37,476 bases of DNA from an uncultured Lachnospiraceae bacterium (GCA_945492935.1 CALYVE010000001.1:1-37476); one strand, 5' to 3'; counted from the stretch's first letter, positions 26,940 through 36,406 are shown. The notes: a model not told the origin generated them from the letters alone. Made by a program: numbers and translations.

Positions 26940-27499
26940 TCGCATACAAAGGATTCAACAAAGACCTTGCGTGCACGATGGGACACGGTACCTTTCAGTA
27001 TCAGGTCGGGCAGACCTACAAAGAGGACAAGGCACAGTGCGCCAATACAGGCTTTCACTGCACGGAGGAGCCGTTAGAAGTAAGAGAATGGTATTACAAT
27101 GACAATTCCAGGTACTGTATCGTGATTGCCGCAGGGGATGTGCATGAGGACGGATTAAATAAGATATCCTGCACTGAAATGACCATATTGCGTGAAATTA
27201 CTCTGGAACAGCTGGGAATCCTGGAGTGCGAATGGCTAATCAATCATCCAGAGAGAGAATACTCGGATCAGGTCGAAAAGGACACAGGAAGAGCGGGAAA
27301 GAACGGTATCGTGGTGGTCCGTGGAAAGAACCCAAAGGCATCCGGGGAAATTGGCTCTACCATATTCCTTCTGAAAGAGGGAAAAGGCACGAAAGAAATC
27401 ATCTCGGCCGGAGCATACCGGATAGACGGAGTAATCTATCTTCCGGACACCTACTATAACGCGGAGGGGAGGCAAGTAAAGTGCGGAAGGAAGAATTAA
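26936..27499 (+). CDS. Conserved phage protein (YKGF..FQY.VG.TY family)
   Basis: MIAYKGFNKDLAC..FQYQVGQTY..GFHCTEEPL. Confidence 0.7.
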   Translation: MIAYKGFNKDLACTMGHGTFQYQVGQTYKEDKAQCANTGFHCTEEPLEVREWYYNDNSRYCIVIAAGDVHEDGLNKISCTEMTILREITLEQLGILECEWLINHPEREYSDQVEKDTGRAGKNGIVVVRGKNPKASGEIGSTIFLLKEGKGTKEIISAGAYRIDGVIYLPDTYYNAEGRQVKCGRKN

Positions 27500-29661
27500 G
27501 AAAGCTCCGGGCACTGCCGGCAACCAGGGAAATGATGGAAAAAGGGAAAATGCAGGAAGAGAGGACGGAAACATACGGTTGGTCTCAAACAGTGCATAAG
27601 TGGGTGGCGAATAAATACGATGCTCTATTTCGTGTTAATAATTTATCCGGGATAATCAAAATAGCGGTATTTCTGCCGGAAATGATGAAAAAGGACATTA
27701 AGACGCCGCGGTATGAGATTTTTTTGAATGTGCCAGGAGAGGAATACATCACAAGAGAGCTTGACGATGAGGGAAAAGAGGTAAAGTGGCTCACAGCAAT
27801 GCTGAGCAATCTGGATGGCGTTCCGTACTTATTTCGGTGGAGTGATACGAAGTATTTTATATCAAAGGACGGAATGGATACACTTAATCGATTGAAGCTG
27901 GAAAATGAGTCGGCAAAACCGGTAAAGGGAGCGTATCGCTTGCAGGAATGGCAGCAGGAGCAGAAGGATAAGGAAACCAAGAGAAAAGAGAAGAGAGAGC
28001 AGGCACCTTGGGATGCCGATATGAAGCTGATACCAAAGATACCATCAGGCTTTGAAGAGTGGATGCGAAGGGAAGCATGCAAGGACGTATTTATCATCTA
28101 TAAATATGACAGAAAGGAAGCAAAAGAAGGTTATTGCTCGCGGTGCAAGAAAATCGTGCCGGTAAAATCTCCGAGACACGGAAAGGAGACGGTCTGTCCG
28201 GCATGCAGGGCAAAGGCGGTATTCAAGTCAGAAGGAAAGATTAAGACGCTTGCAACAGATTGCTACTATGCAGAAATCATTCAAAGGATTAAAGGCGGAA
28301 TCGTGATTAGAAAATATACACAGCGACAGTATTACTATAACAGGTCATATGACAATCCGTACATAAGCACACATGAAGACAAAAGAACGTTAATTTTTGA
28401 AAACGGAATCATCCGAAGATACAATTACGAAAGCTACAAGAACAAATATTTGAGATGGTGTTTGAATAAAGATTATAGGCCGTCAGCGAGAACATATTAT
28501 ACGGAGCGAAAGCTATACAAGCGGAACCTGCCAAACCTCAAAAAAACAACCTTCTTAAAGCACAGCTCCGTTGACCTGTGGGAGACACTGCCGACATCCG
28601 TGACAAGCTATATTCAGATTGAAAAGGGGAATCCGGCAGTGGAGATGCTGGCGAAGATGGGAATGTTCCGGCTTGCAAAGGATTTAATCAAAGAGAGATA
28701 CGATAAAACGCTGATAGCGCAGGACGAAACAGAGATATCAAAGCTGCTGAAGGTCGACAAGGCGAGGCTGAAAAGATTAAAGGAGATGGACGGAGGAGTG
28801 GATTCGCTGCGGTGGCTCCAATATGAAAAGCTGATCAATACCATCTGGCCGGATGAGATGATAAAAGACCTCGGAGATGCAGGAATTAAGACAAGCGGAT
28901 TCAATTTTCTTCCAATTCCGGTAAGCTTCGTAAAATCCTATAACTACCTGAAAAAGCAGGCAGGAATAATGAATGATACGCTTTATCAGGCGCTGACAAC
29001 CTGGCAGGATTACATAAACATGGCAGAGAAGATGAAAATGAACACAAAGCTGGAGCAGATTGCAAAGCCGAAGGACCTGAAAGCGGAACACGACCGACTG
29101 ATTTTCCTGAACAAGACAAAAGGACTCGAAAAGCAGGCGAAATCGCTGGAAAAGAAGTGGCCGAAGGTGAATGAGCAGCTTCCAAAGCTTCAGAAGTTCG
29201 AATACGAATTAGGGGATTACTGTATCGTATCACCGAAGAGCATCCTTGATATCGTCACAGAGGGAGTAGTGCTTGGGCACTGCGTCCATACCTGCGATTA
29301 TTACTTTTCAAGAATTCAGACCGACGAAAGCTATCTGTTCTTTTTGAGAAAGAAAAACAATCCGGATATACCGTGGTATACCTTGGAGGTCGAACCATCG
29401 GGGAACATAAGACAGAAACGAACAACGGGAGATAGGCAGAATGCGGATTTTGAAAATGCTGTGCCGTTCCTGAAAAAATGGCAGCAGTATTTCAAAGAGC
29501 AGCTGACAAAGGATGAAGAGAAGCTGGGAGAGAAAGCAAACATTCTGCGAAAGGAAAATTACAAAAAGCTGCGAGAGGATGGAAACCGGGTGTGGCACGG
29601 TCCGCTTGCAGGACAGCTCCTTGCGGATGTGCTGGAAAAAGACTTTATGGAGGCAGGATGA
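27481..29661 (+). CDS. PcfJ-domain protein
   Basis: Zn ribbon CSRC/CPAC; WQDYINMA, PKDLKAEHD, EGVVLGHCV, FFLRKK..PWYTLEV. Confidence 0.85.
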   Translation: MRKEELRKLRALPATREMMEKGKMQEERTETYGWSQTVHKWVANKYDALFRVNNLSGIIKIAVFLPEMMKKDIKTPRYEIFLNVPGEEYITRELDDEGKEVKWLTAMLSNLDGVPYLFRWSDTKYFISKDGMDTLNRLKLENESAKPVKGAYRLQEWQQEQKDKETKRKEKREQAPWDADMKLIPKIPSGFEEWMRREACKDVFIIYKYDRKEAKEGYCSRCKKIVPVKSPRHGKETVCPACRAKAVFKSEGKIKTLATDCYYAEIIQRIKGGIVIRKYTQRQYYYNRSYDNPYISTHEDKRTLIFENGIIRRYNYESYKNKYLRWCLNKDYRPSARTYYTERKLYKRNLPNLKKTTFLKHSSVDLWETLPTSVTSYIQIEKGNPAVEMLAKMGMFRLAKDLIKERYDKTLIAQDETEISKLLKVDKARLKRLKEMDGGVDSLRWLQYEKLINTIWPDEMIKDLGDAGIKTSGFNFLPIPVSFVKSYNYLKKQAGIMNDTLYQALTTWQDYINMAEKMKMNTKLEQIAKPKDLKAEHDRLIFLNKTKGLEKQAKSLEKKWPKVNEQLPKLQKFEYELGDYCIVSPKSILDIVTEGVVLGHCVHTCDYYFSRIQTDESYLFFLRKKNNPDIPWYTLEVEPSGNIRQKRTTGDRQNADFENAVPFLKKWQQYFKEQLTKDEEKLGEKANILRKENYKKLREDGNRVWHGPLAGQLLADVLEKDFMEAG

Positions 29662-30329
29662 TGGACTTTGAAAAATTTATAATTGACAATATAACGTCAA
29701 TGTCCGGAAAATACACACCATATCGGATTTTTACTGACTGGATAACGATGCTCGCTATAAGTATTCAAAACTCATGCAAAATGATTCATGACAAAATATA
29801 CAAGGAAAGAGAGGAAACATACAGAATCATAGCCAGCAGATACAATGGAGAAGAATTGAAGGCGATGGCAAATATGGCAGGAGCATTAAGCATGGCATTA
29901 GAAGAAAGATTCGCTGATATTCTTGGTGACATATTCATGAAATCGGGATGTGGGAGCAAGAATACAGGTCAATTTTTCACTCCATATCATTTATCTTACC
30001 TGACTGCAAAGCTAGTATACGGCGAAGAAATCTGCAGATGCAGTCACAGTGAAATCTATGAGGTAAATGAGCCGTCGTGCGGAGGCGGGGGAATGATGAT
30101 AGCGATAGCACAAGTTATGAAAGAGAATAACATCGATTACCAAAAAAAATTGCATATAATAGCTCAGGATTTAGACTGGAACGGTGTTTACATGACGTAT
30201 ATACAGCTGTCGTTGCTGGGGATTAGGGCTACGGTAGCGCAGGGAGACACACTCAAGGAAACATATCGAAAAGGATATGACGAAAGGAACGTATTAAGGA
30301 CTCCGGCGGAAATGGGGATGTTGATATGA
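29658..30329 (+). CDS. N6-methylase-like protein lacking the catalytic NPP(Y/F) motif
   Basis: GQFFTPY, EPSCGGGGM (SAM binding), AQDLD, GDTL, then ends. Confidence 0.75.
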   Translation: MMDFEKFIIDNITSMSGKYTPYRIFTDWITMLAISIQNSCKMIHDKIYKEREETYRIIASRYNGEELKAMANMAGALSMALEERFADILGDIFMKSGCGSKNTGQFFTPYHLSYLTAKLVYGEEICRCSHSEIYEVNEPSCGGGGMMIAIAQVMKENNIDYQKKLHIIAQDLDWNGVYMTYIQLSLLGIRATVAQGDTLKETYRKGYDERNVLRTPAEMGMLI

Positions 30330-31405
30330 GAGACAGATTACTGGATGATATTACGATGCTTTTAATGAGCATAGGAATAGACCGGGAACTGATAAAAAAC
30401 AGGCTGATTCTTATATTGGATAAATACGAGATAACCTCCAGATGTACAGAGGTTGCAGTAGTAAACGAGGACGATATCACAAAATACCTGAAGCTGTTCC
30501 TGGTAAACAAAAGAGTATCCGGAAGAACGGAAAGAACAATACAGCATTACAAAAACGAGCTGGAGAGATTTTTCCGAGAGGTACAGAAATCTCCTGTTGA
30601 CATTACATCGGATGATATCAAGTTGTACCTTGCGATGAAAGAGGTTAGAGACAAAAGTAGCAAAGTGTATCAAAAGAATATCATGAGAGTGATATCGTCA
30701 TTCTATCAATGGATGGTAAAAGAGGAATATATCATCAAAAATCCAATGAATAAAGTGGATGAGATTAAGATTCCGAAGGTTAAGAAAGATGCTTTTTCGG
30801 AAGCGGATATTGAGCAGATGAGATTTGCTATCAAGGATGATGTGAGAATAATGTGCATGTTTGAGCTGCTGCTGTCTACATGGTGCAGAGTTTCGGAACT
30901 TGCTCAAATCAAACTGAAAGATATCTCAGAAGAAAAAGATACCGTGTTGGTACACGGAAAAGGAAGCAAAGACCGGATATGCTACATAAACGCAAGAGCA
31001 AAGATATGTCTGCAGAGATATTTGGAATGCAGAAAAGATAACAACCCGTATCTGTTTGCAAAATCAATCATAAAAGCAAATGAAAAGGGAAGATATGTGC
31101 AGGTAGAGTGCAAGAAAAAAGGAATAGCAAAGAGAGAATGGTGGAAGGCTCCGGAGCTTGTCGGGGAAGGATGCATAGACAAAGGCTCGATTGAAAGCTG
31201 GATCAGAAGAGTCGGGAGAAAAGCAAACGTAGAAAAAGCGCATCCTCACAGGTTCAGAAGAACGGGAGCAACGTTAGCTCTTCGGAGGGGAATGCCAATA
31301 GAGCAGGTATCGAAGCTGTTAGGACACGAAAGTATAGAGACTACGCAGATATATCTGGATATATCAGAGCAGGAGCTGGCACAGGCACACAAAAAATTTG
31401 TATAA
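30326..31405 (+). CDS. Tyrosine recombinase (XerC/D-like)
   Basis: CRVSEL, HGKGSKDR, HPHRFRR, LLGHES, TTQIY: full catalytic set. Confidence 0.93.
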   Translation: MRDRLLDDITMLLMSIGIDRELIKNRLILILDKYEITSRCTEVAVVNEDDITKYLKLFLVNKRVSGRTERTIQHYKNELERFFREVQKSPVDITSDDIKLYLAMKEVRDKSSKVYQKNIMRVISSFYQWMVKEEYIIKNPMNKVDEIKIPKVKKDAFSEADIEQMRFAIKDDVRIMCMFELLLSTWCRVSELAQIKLKDISEEKDTVLVHGKGSKDRICYINARAKICLQRYLECRKDNNPYLFAKSIIKANEKGRYVQVECKKKGIAKREWWKAPELVGEGCIDKGSIESWIRRVGRKANVEKAHPHRFRRTGATLALRRGMPIEQVSKLLGHESIETTQIYLDISEQELAQAHKKFV

Positions 31406-31426
31406 CAGATATTTAATGGAGGTGGG

Positions 31427-31612
31427 ATGATGGAATATGAACATATCGAGTGCGCATGCGGGCAGCAGGCGAGAATCGTAGTCACAGGCGTAGGAACGTA
31501 TATACATTGTCCGTATTGCGGGGCAGAAACGTGTATGCAGACTACAAAGGAGCAGGCAATAGAGAGATTCAGAGAAAAATGCGGACAGGAGGAGCAGGAA
31601 TCATGGAGATGA
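31427..31612 (+). CDS. Small Zn-finger protein (Lar restriction-alleviation-like)
   Basis: CACG..IHCPYCGA..TKEQAIERF. Confidence 0.5.
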   Translation: MMEYEHIECACGQQARIVVTGVGTYIHCPYCGAETCMQTTKEQAIERFREKCGQEEQESWR

Positions 31613-32952
31613 TGGAATACAGGCATACATACCAGGAATATAAAGCGGAGCTCGACGGAGAGCTGCAGAGGACGGCGGAGGGATTTGTACGGATCGGATA
31701 TCTGCTGAAGGTGGCAAGAGACACGAATGTTCTCGCTGAATCCGGATATAAGTCGGTGGCGGAGTTCGCCGAGGCAGAATATAACCTCGACAAGACGCAG
31801 GTGAGCAGGTTTATCAGCATCAATGACAAATTCTCGGAGGGAGGGTATTCGGACCATTTGATGCCGGAATATAAAGGCTTCGGCTACTCAAAGCTCACAC
31901 TCATGCTGGCGCTTCCGGATGAAATCAACCGGGAGCTGTCACCGGCCTACAGTAAATCAGAGATTCAGGCTATCAAGGAAGAGGTCGAGGCGGAGCAGCA
32001 GGTAACGGATATCGAAAGAATACTGGAGGCGCCGCCGGCGCAGGATAATATCGTATGGATTGTTCGCAACCTCGGCGAGGCAGAGCCGGAGCTGTATGCG
32101 CAGATAGTCGGTACATTCGGACTCAATACTCAATACGACATTGAAAAGATAAAGGAATTGATGGCGCCGGCTGGAGAAAAGACATACTTTGTGCGTATCC
32201 TGGGCATTGGCCGCATGATGCTTATCGTAAAGGATAACGAAGAACAGGTAAAGAGCATCAACACAAGGACGAATGAGGTCAAGGCTTATTCGTGGGATGA
32301 AGTGGCAGCAGCATGGGCCAGAAGATGGAATCCGGACGAAACACCGGAGCAGAACTGGGAGAGGATATACGGGCAGGAGTTTCCGGGAAAGGAAGTTGCA
32401 CCGGTGCAACAGCAGGAACAAAAACAGGAGAAGAAGGAGACAAAAAAAGAAACAAAGGTATCAAAAGCAAAGCCGGAAAAGAAGAGCATAAAGGACAAGC
32501 TCAAGGATGTTTTTGTGAAAAAGCAGGAAGAGACCGAGGAACCGGGTGAGACCGAAGCACCGGAGAATCTGCACGATATCGACGAGAGCATTCCGGAACC
32601 GGTAGAGGTAATCGAAGAACCGGAAGAGATGCAACCGGACGAACAGCCGGACAACGAACAGCAGATTGAAGAATCGAAAGAAGAGGTAGCAGGGCAGATG
32701 CAGGTAGAGGATTATCCGGAGATTATGCCGGAGGATAACCGGGAAGTTGAACCGGTGCAACAGGATTCAGGAGATGACAATGGCAGCAGGCTTACATATC
32801 ATTATCCGGATGGTACCTGGGGCGTGAAAGGAATCGCATGGATCGATATTCCGCGGGAGCTCTACGGAGCACTCTGCAAGCTGAAGGACTATGAGGATTG
32901 CGGCATCAGTCCGGATAAATTGAGAGAGATAATAGAGAGGGAGAACAGTTAA
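31603..32952 (+). CDS. Putative DNA-binding protein with N-terminal HTH and long acidic linker
   Basis: FVRIGYLLK..GYKSVAEFAEAEYNLDKTQVSRFISIN; contains two copies of the 16-bp palindrome. Confidence 0.65.
   Translation: MEMMEYRHTYQEYKAELDGELQRTAEGFVRIGYLLKVARDTNVLAESGYKSVAEFAEAEYNLDKTQVSRFISINDKFSEGGYSDHLMPEYKGFGYSKLTLMLALPDEINRELSPAYSKSEIQAIKEEVEAEQQVTDIERILEAPPAQDNIVWIVRNLGEAEPELYAQIVGTFGLNTQYDIEKIKELMAPAGEKTYFVRILGIGRMMLIVKDNEEQVKSINTRTNEVKAYSWDEVAAAWARRWNPDETPEQNWERIYGQEFPGKEVAPVQQQEQKQEKKETKKETKVSKAKPEKKSIKDKLKDVFVKKQEETEEPGETEAPENLHDIDESIPEPVEVIEEPEEMQPDEQPDNEQQIEESKEEVAGQMQVEDYPEIMPEDNREVEPVQQDSGDDNGSRLTYHYPDGTWGVKGIAWIDIPRELYGALCKLKDYEDCGISPDKLREIIERENS
32395..32410. repeat. Palindrome copy 4
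   Basis: Exact; encodes VAPVQ within 31603-32952. Confidence 0.95.
32746..32761. repeat. Palindrome copy 5 (GTTGAACCGGTGCAAC)
   Basis: 15/16 match; encodes VEPVQ within 31603-32952. Confidence 0.9.
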
Positions 32953-32971
32953 AGTAAGGAGAATTGGAAGA

Positions 32972-33388
32972 ATGAGATTGATTGATGCGGATAGTTTGAT
33001 TGAAAAGTTAAAATCATATGCGGAGTGTGATTGGAACAAATCGCTATGTACTATGCTTACAAATGTGGTAGATGATTGCATCGAGGTTGTAGATATGCAA
33101 CAGACCGCATATTCAGTTGACAAAGTTGTTGAGGAAATGGAGAAAAAATCATATACAACAACAGATACAGTATGTGGCGGAATATTCAAGGCAATAAGAT
33201 TATCAAGTGCAATCGAAATCGTCAAGCAGGGCGGTGTATCTGATGACGTGTGCGAATGGACATAAACACAAATAAATAACGGATGGAAACCAAGTTGCGA
33301 ACCGAACTCAACATACAATGTATTCGGTGTTGCTTGGTTTAGGAAATGTCCGTACTGCGGAAAGAAGATAAAGGTGGTAGGTGATTGA
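32972..33388 (+). pseudogene. MRLIDAD-type phage protein with in-frame TAA at 33263-33265 before a Zn-ribbon end
   Basis: Frame continues DDVCEWT*TQINNGWKPSC...KCPYCGKKIKVVGD to TGA 33386-33388. Confidence 0.6.
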
Positions 33389-33389
33389 T

Positions 33390-33575
33390 ATGACGATTGA
33401 TGAAGCAATAGCAAAATATAAAGAGATAACAAATACAGACGCAAACTGCCCTATACATTGTATGCGTCATTGTGATAAGTGCGTACAGGAACACGAACAG
33501 CTTGTCGAGTGGCTGAAAGAGTTGAAAAAGCGTAGGAGCGAAAAGCCGGGAGGAGAAAATGAGAGTGATAGATAA
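33390..33575 (+). CDS. Small phage protein
   Basis: MTIDEAI..C..EHEQLVEWLKELK pattern. Confidence 0.6.
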   Translation: MTIDEAIAKYKEITNTDANCPIHCMRHCDKCVQEHEQLVEWLKELKKRRSEKPGGENESDR

Positions 33576-33897
33576 AGGTCAGCTGCAAAGTCTGGTTAAA
33601 TCCGGGATAACCGTAGCCAGAATAAGTGAACAGACAGGCTGGTCCAAGAACACGATATATGAAGCTATGCGAAAGATGGGATTACATACCGTGAGGGCGC
33701 AGCGGAAAAAGGAAGTAAAAGAGCCGGAATATAAAAAATTCAATGGAGAAAAGATATGCCCGGAATGTGGTAAAAGATTCTATGTTGTAGAGCAGGATAC
33801 CTGGGCATACAGGCCGAGAAAAGGAAAGGACAAGCGCTTACGATGCAGCTGGGGATGCTTGAGAAAAACAAAGACAGCAGGAGGGGAGAAGAGATGA
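33559..33897 (+). CDS. HTH plus Zn-finger protein
   Basis: TVARISEQTGWSKNTIY; CPECGKRF..CSWGC. Confidence 0.7.
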   Translation: MRVIDKGQLQSLVKSGITVARISEQTGWSKNTIYEAMRKMGLHTVRAQRKKEVKEPEYKKFNGEKICPECGKRFYVVEQDTWAYRPRKGKDKRLRCSWGCLRKTKTAGGEKR

Positions 33898-34313
33898 ACA
33901 AAGTGATATTGGTTGGGCGCCTGACGCGCGATCCGGAAGTAAGATATTCACAAGGGGAGAGTTCTACAGCAATCGCGAAGTTTTCGCTTGCGGTAGACCG
34001 CAGATATAAGCGCGACGGTGAGCCGGATGCAGATTTCTTTAACTGTACTGCATTTGGAAAGCAGGCAGAATTTGCAGAGCGCTATTTGAAGCAGGGCACC
34101 AAGATGGTAGTCGTTGGACGCATTCAGAACGATAACTACACGAACCGGGATGGCCAGAAGGTATACAGTGTGCAGATCATGGTAGAAGAGCTGGAGTTTG
34201 CAGAGAGTAAGAATGCATCACCGGCGAATGGCAGCAGGGCACAGGAGGCTCGTGATGCGGATGGATTCATGAATGTGCCGGATGGATTACAGGAAGAGCT
34301 GCCGTTTGTATAA
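33894..34313 (+). CDS. ssb: Single-stranded DNA-binding protein
   Basis: MNKVILVGRLTRDPEVRY..FSLAVDR..ADFFNC..EELPF. Confidence 0.96.
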   Translation: MNKVILVGRLTRDPEVRYSQGESSTAIAKFSLAVDRRYKRDGEPDADFFNCTAFGKQAEFAERYLKQGTKMVVVGRIQNDNYTNRDGQKVYSVQIMVEELEFAESKNASPANGSRAQEARDADGFMNVPDGLQEELPFV

Positions 34314-34338
34314 AAAAGACCCCGTTTAACGGGGTCTT
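34312..34338 (-). terminator. Intrinsic terminator of hicAB, convergent with ssb
   Basis: AAGACCCCGT-tta-ACGGGGTCTT with an A tract on the left. Confidence 0.75.
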
Positions 34339-34742
34339 GAAAGGGAAACATTATCAAGGATAGACCGTAGTGCATCCTGAAGAACCTGGGAACAGTTAAT
34401 GCCACGCTTTTCTGCGAGACAAACCATCCAGTAAGGGAGAGACACATTCTTCCGTACAGCACGGGTGTCTGTGCGGGCACGATACTCAATTGTATCTGCA
34501 GATATGAGGGAAACGATAGTATTAGAATCAGTGCAGAGCTGATCTTGAGGAGTAGGAGGAGCGATTTCTTCTCCTTCATCCTCTGCAACCACGAGCCAGC
34601 CGGCCATGGCGTCGGTAATCTGGTCGATGGCATCAGACAGACAGCTTCCGGTAGTGATGCAGCCAGGAAGGTCAGGGACCTTAGCATAGTATCCGGAGCC
34701 ATCTTCGATAGGTGTAAATAGAGCAGTATAAATATATTGCAT
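34326..34742 (-). CDS. hicB: HicB antitoxin
   Basis: YYAKVPDLPGCITTG..AI..DA; RAVRKNVSLP..GINCSQVLQDAL. Confidence 0.92.
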   Translation of the reverse strand: MQYIYTALFTPIEDGSGYYAKVPDLPGCITTGSCLSDAIDQITDAMAGWLVVAEDEGEEIAPPTPQDQLCTDSNTIVSLISADTIEYRARTDTRAVRKNVSLPYWMVCLAEKRGINCSQVLQDALRSILDNVSLSRPR

Positions 34743-34772
34743 AGAGACCTCCTTATAGGGGACAGGAAACAC

Positions 34773-34961
34773 TTAATGTTTCCTGTCGATGTTTGCTTCT
34801 TTGAGGATGTACCTCATGTCGTTTTCGTTGAAATCGTGTCGTTTGACCGGTATCGTGCTGTGCGTATGCGGATTGTAATATATATCGTGATTTGCACCGT
34901 GCCTTTTCAGAACGTAACCGTTAGATGTTATAAGCTTAACTGTTAGTGCTCTTGGATTCAT
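34773..34961 (-). CDS. hicA: HicA mRNA interferase toxin
   Basis: GYVLKRHGANHDIY..IPVKRH..ILKEA. Confidence 0.92.
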   Translation of the reverse strand: MNPRALTVKLITSNGYVLKRHGANHDIYYNPHTHSTIPVKRHDFNENDMRYILKEANIDRKH

Positions 34962-34981
34962 TATGTCCCTCCTTTGATTAT

Positions 34982-35010
34982 ATTATACACAAGATTGTGT
35001 AAAATGTCAA
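34982..35010 (-). promoter_or_regulatory. hicAB promoter with operator palindrome
   Basis: Minus strand TTGACA (35010-35005), 17 bp, TATAAT (34987-34982); TACACAA-GA-TTGTGTA at 34986-35001; extra TACACAA half-sites upstream. Confidence 0.85.
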
Positions 35011-35105
35011 TAATGAAATACACAAAAATACACAAAATAATCAAAGACTGGAATTATAAGTAATAATAAAATGCAAATGGCAGCAGGATACGAGGGGGTG
35101 AGGTA

Positions 35106-35528
35106 TTGGATAAAGAGGAGCTCGGTAAATACAGGGCATTAAAGAGAGAGGTAGAGCAACTGGAGGAAAGAATCAATAAGCTGTGTGCAAAGTCGGACGA
35201 TATTCCTGTGGTAAAAGGAAAGGTAAAAGCATCATCACCGGTATTCCCGTATACGGAGCATAGAGTGAGTGTGCAGATGAGTCTCCCGGAGGCCGCGGAT
35301 CGGATAAGTCGGTTGATGCGAATATACGAGCAAAGGAAAGCGGAAGCAGAGGAGGCTATGCTGAGGATAGAACAGTACATCAACAGCATACCGGACTCGG
35401 AGATACGGCAGATATTCCAGATGCGGTTTATTGATGGGATGAAGCTGAGGGAAATCGCGGAACGATTGGACATGGATCGTAGCAGTATTGGAAAGAAAAT
35501 TCGCTGTCATAAAGAATTGATGACTTGA
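35106..35528 (+). CDS. Late transcription activator (RinA/ArpU-like, sigma region 4-like HTH)
   Basis: IEQYINSIPDSEIRQIFQMRFIDGMKLREIAERL; position at the end of the early operon. Confidence 0.8.
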   Translation: MDKEELGKYRALKREVEQLEERINKLCAKSDDIPVVKGKVKASSPVFPYTEHRVSVQMSLPEAADRISRLMRIYEQRKAEAEEAMLRIEQYINSIPDSEIRQIFQMRFIDGMKLREIAERLDMDRSSIGKKIRCHKELMT

Positions 35529-35590
35529 CTGGTTATTTACAGCATGTTATAGTAGAAAAAAGGGACTGAAACGATTCAAAATATGATATA

Positions 35591-36058
35591 ATGATTTATG
35601 GGAATAGCCGCTATTTGATTAATGGCGGCTATTTTATGGTGAACGAAATGATAGATAAATATATCGAAAAAGTATCAAAAATATTAAATATCGAAATGCC
35701 GAAGATAATATATGACACATCAAAATTTAAAACACCTACAATGAAAGCTTTATGTGATGGTGAAAAGATATATTTAAAAGAAAAGGCGATAACTCCGGAT
35801 TTGATGTTTGAGATAGCTCACGAATTAAGACATCTGTGGCAGATTAAAACAAACAAAGAATTCTATTTTTCGGAATATAAAAATGCTGGAACAATAGACA
35901 CGGAAACATACAACCTTCAGCCTGCAGAGATTGACGCACATGCGTTTGCATTCACGATAATGCAGGAAGCTTTTGGAATTGAGCCGTTATTTGAAAATAT
36001 GTCAGAGCGAGTGCGGGCAGAAATAAAAAAACGTGTGGAAGAGATAAGAGCGGAATAA
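35591..36058 (+). CDS. HExxH metallopeptidase-like protein (ImmA/IrrE-like)
   Basis: IAHELRHLWQ and Y..QPAEIDAHAFA; own promoter TTGACT (35525), 17 bp, TATAGT; terminator 36092-36117; start may be 35636. Confidence 0.75.
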   Translation: MIYGNSRYLINGGYFMVNEMIDKYIEKVSKILNIEMPKIIYDTSKFKTPTMKALCDGEKIYLKEKAITPDLMFEIAHELRHLWQIKTNKEFYFSEYKNAGTIDTETYNLQPAEIDAHAFAFTIMQEAFGIEPLFENMSERVRAEIKKRVEEIRAE

Positions 36059-36100
36059 GGGGGAAAATTTACCGAACGCTCCTTTCAGATGAAGGGATGG

Positions 36101-36271
36101 CTATTCCATCCCTTTTTCAATGCAGTCAATTATGAATCTAGTCAGGCTTTTTCCTTTCGATTCAGCAGCCGCATTGTATTCAGCCTTTTTCCCTTTTGGA
36201 ACCGACAAAGAAATCCTATCATAATTTTCATCATTGTATTTGTTCTTAGCTTTTGTTGATGCTTTTCCCAT
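36101..36271 (-). CDS. 56-aa ribbon-helix-helix DNA-binding protein (not in ORF track)
   Basis: AAAAGGAG RBS; MGKASTKAKNKYNDENYDRISLSVPKGKKAEYNAAAESKGKSLTRFIIDCIEKGME. Confidence 0.8.
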   Translation of the reverse strand: MGKASTKAKNKYNDENYDRISLSVPKGKKAEYNAAAESKGKSLTRFIIDCIEKGME

Positions 36272-36309
36272 GACAACAACTCCTTTTCATTTTTAAAATA
36301 TTATACTAA

Positions 36310-36406
36310 AATATGTATACTTACACAAGTATACATATTGCACAAATATACTTGTGCAAGTTTGGTTATTCTGTAGATTGATATACTTACACAAGTATAT
36401 TATACT
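36310..36406. promoter_or_regulatory. Divergent promoter region with repeated palindromic operators
   Basis: TATACTT-ACAC-AAGTATA at 36316-36333 and 36382-36399, variant at 36347-36361; + strand TTGATA (36378), 17 bp, TATACT (36401). Confidence 0.8.

Noticed and set aside
5731-32761. The 16-bp palindrome as CI operator or CRISPR repeat
   Set aside because: It is absent from the switch region, which has its own operator, and the copies are dispersed rather than regularly spaced
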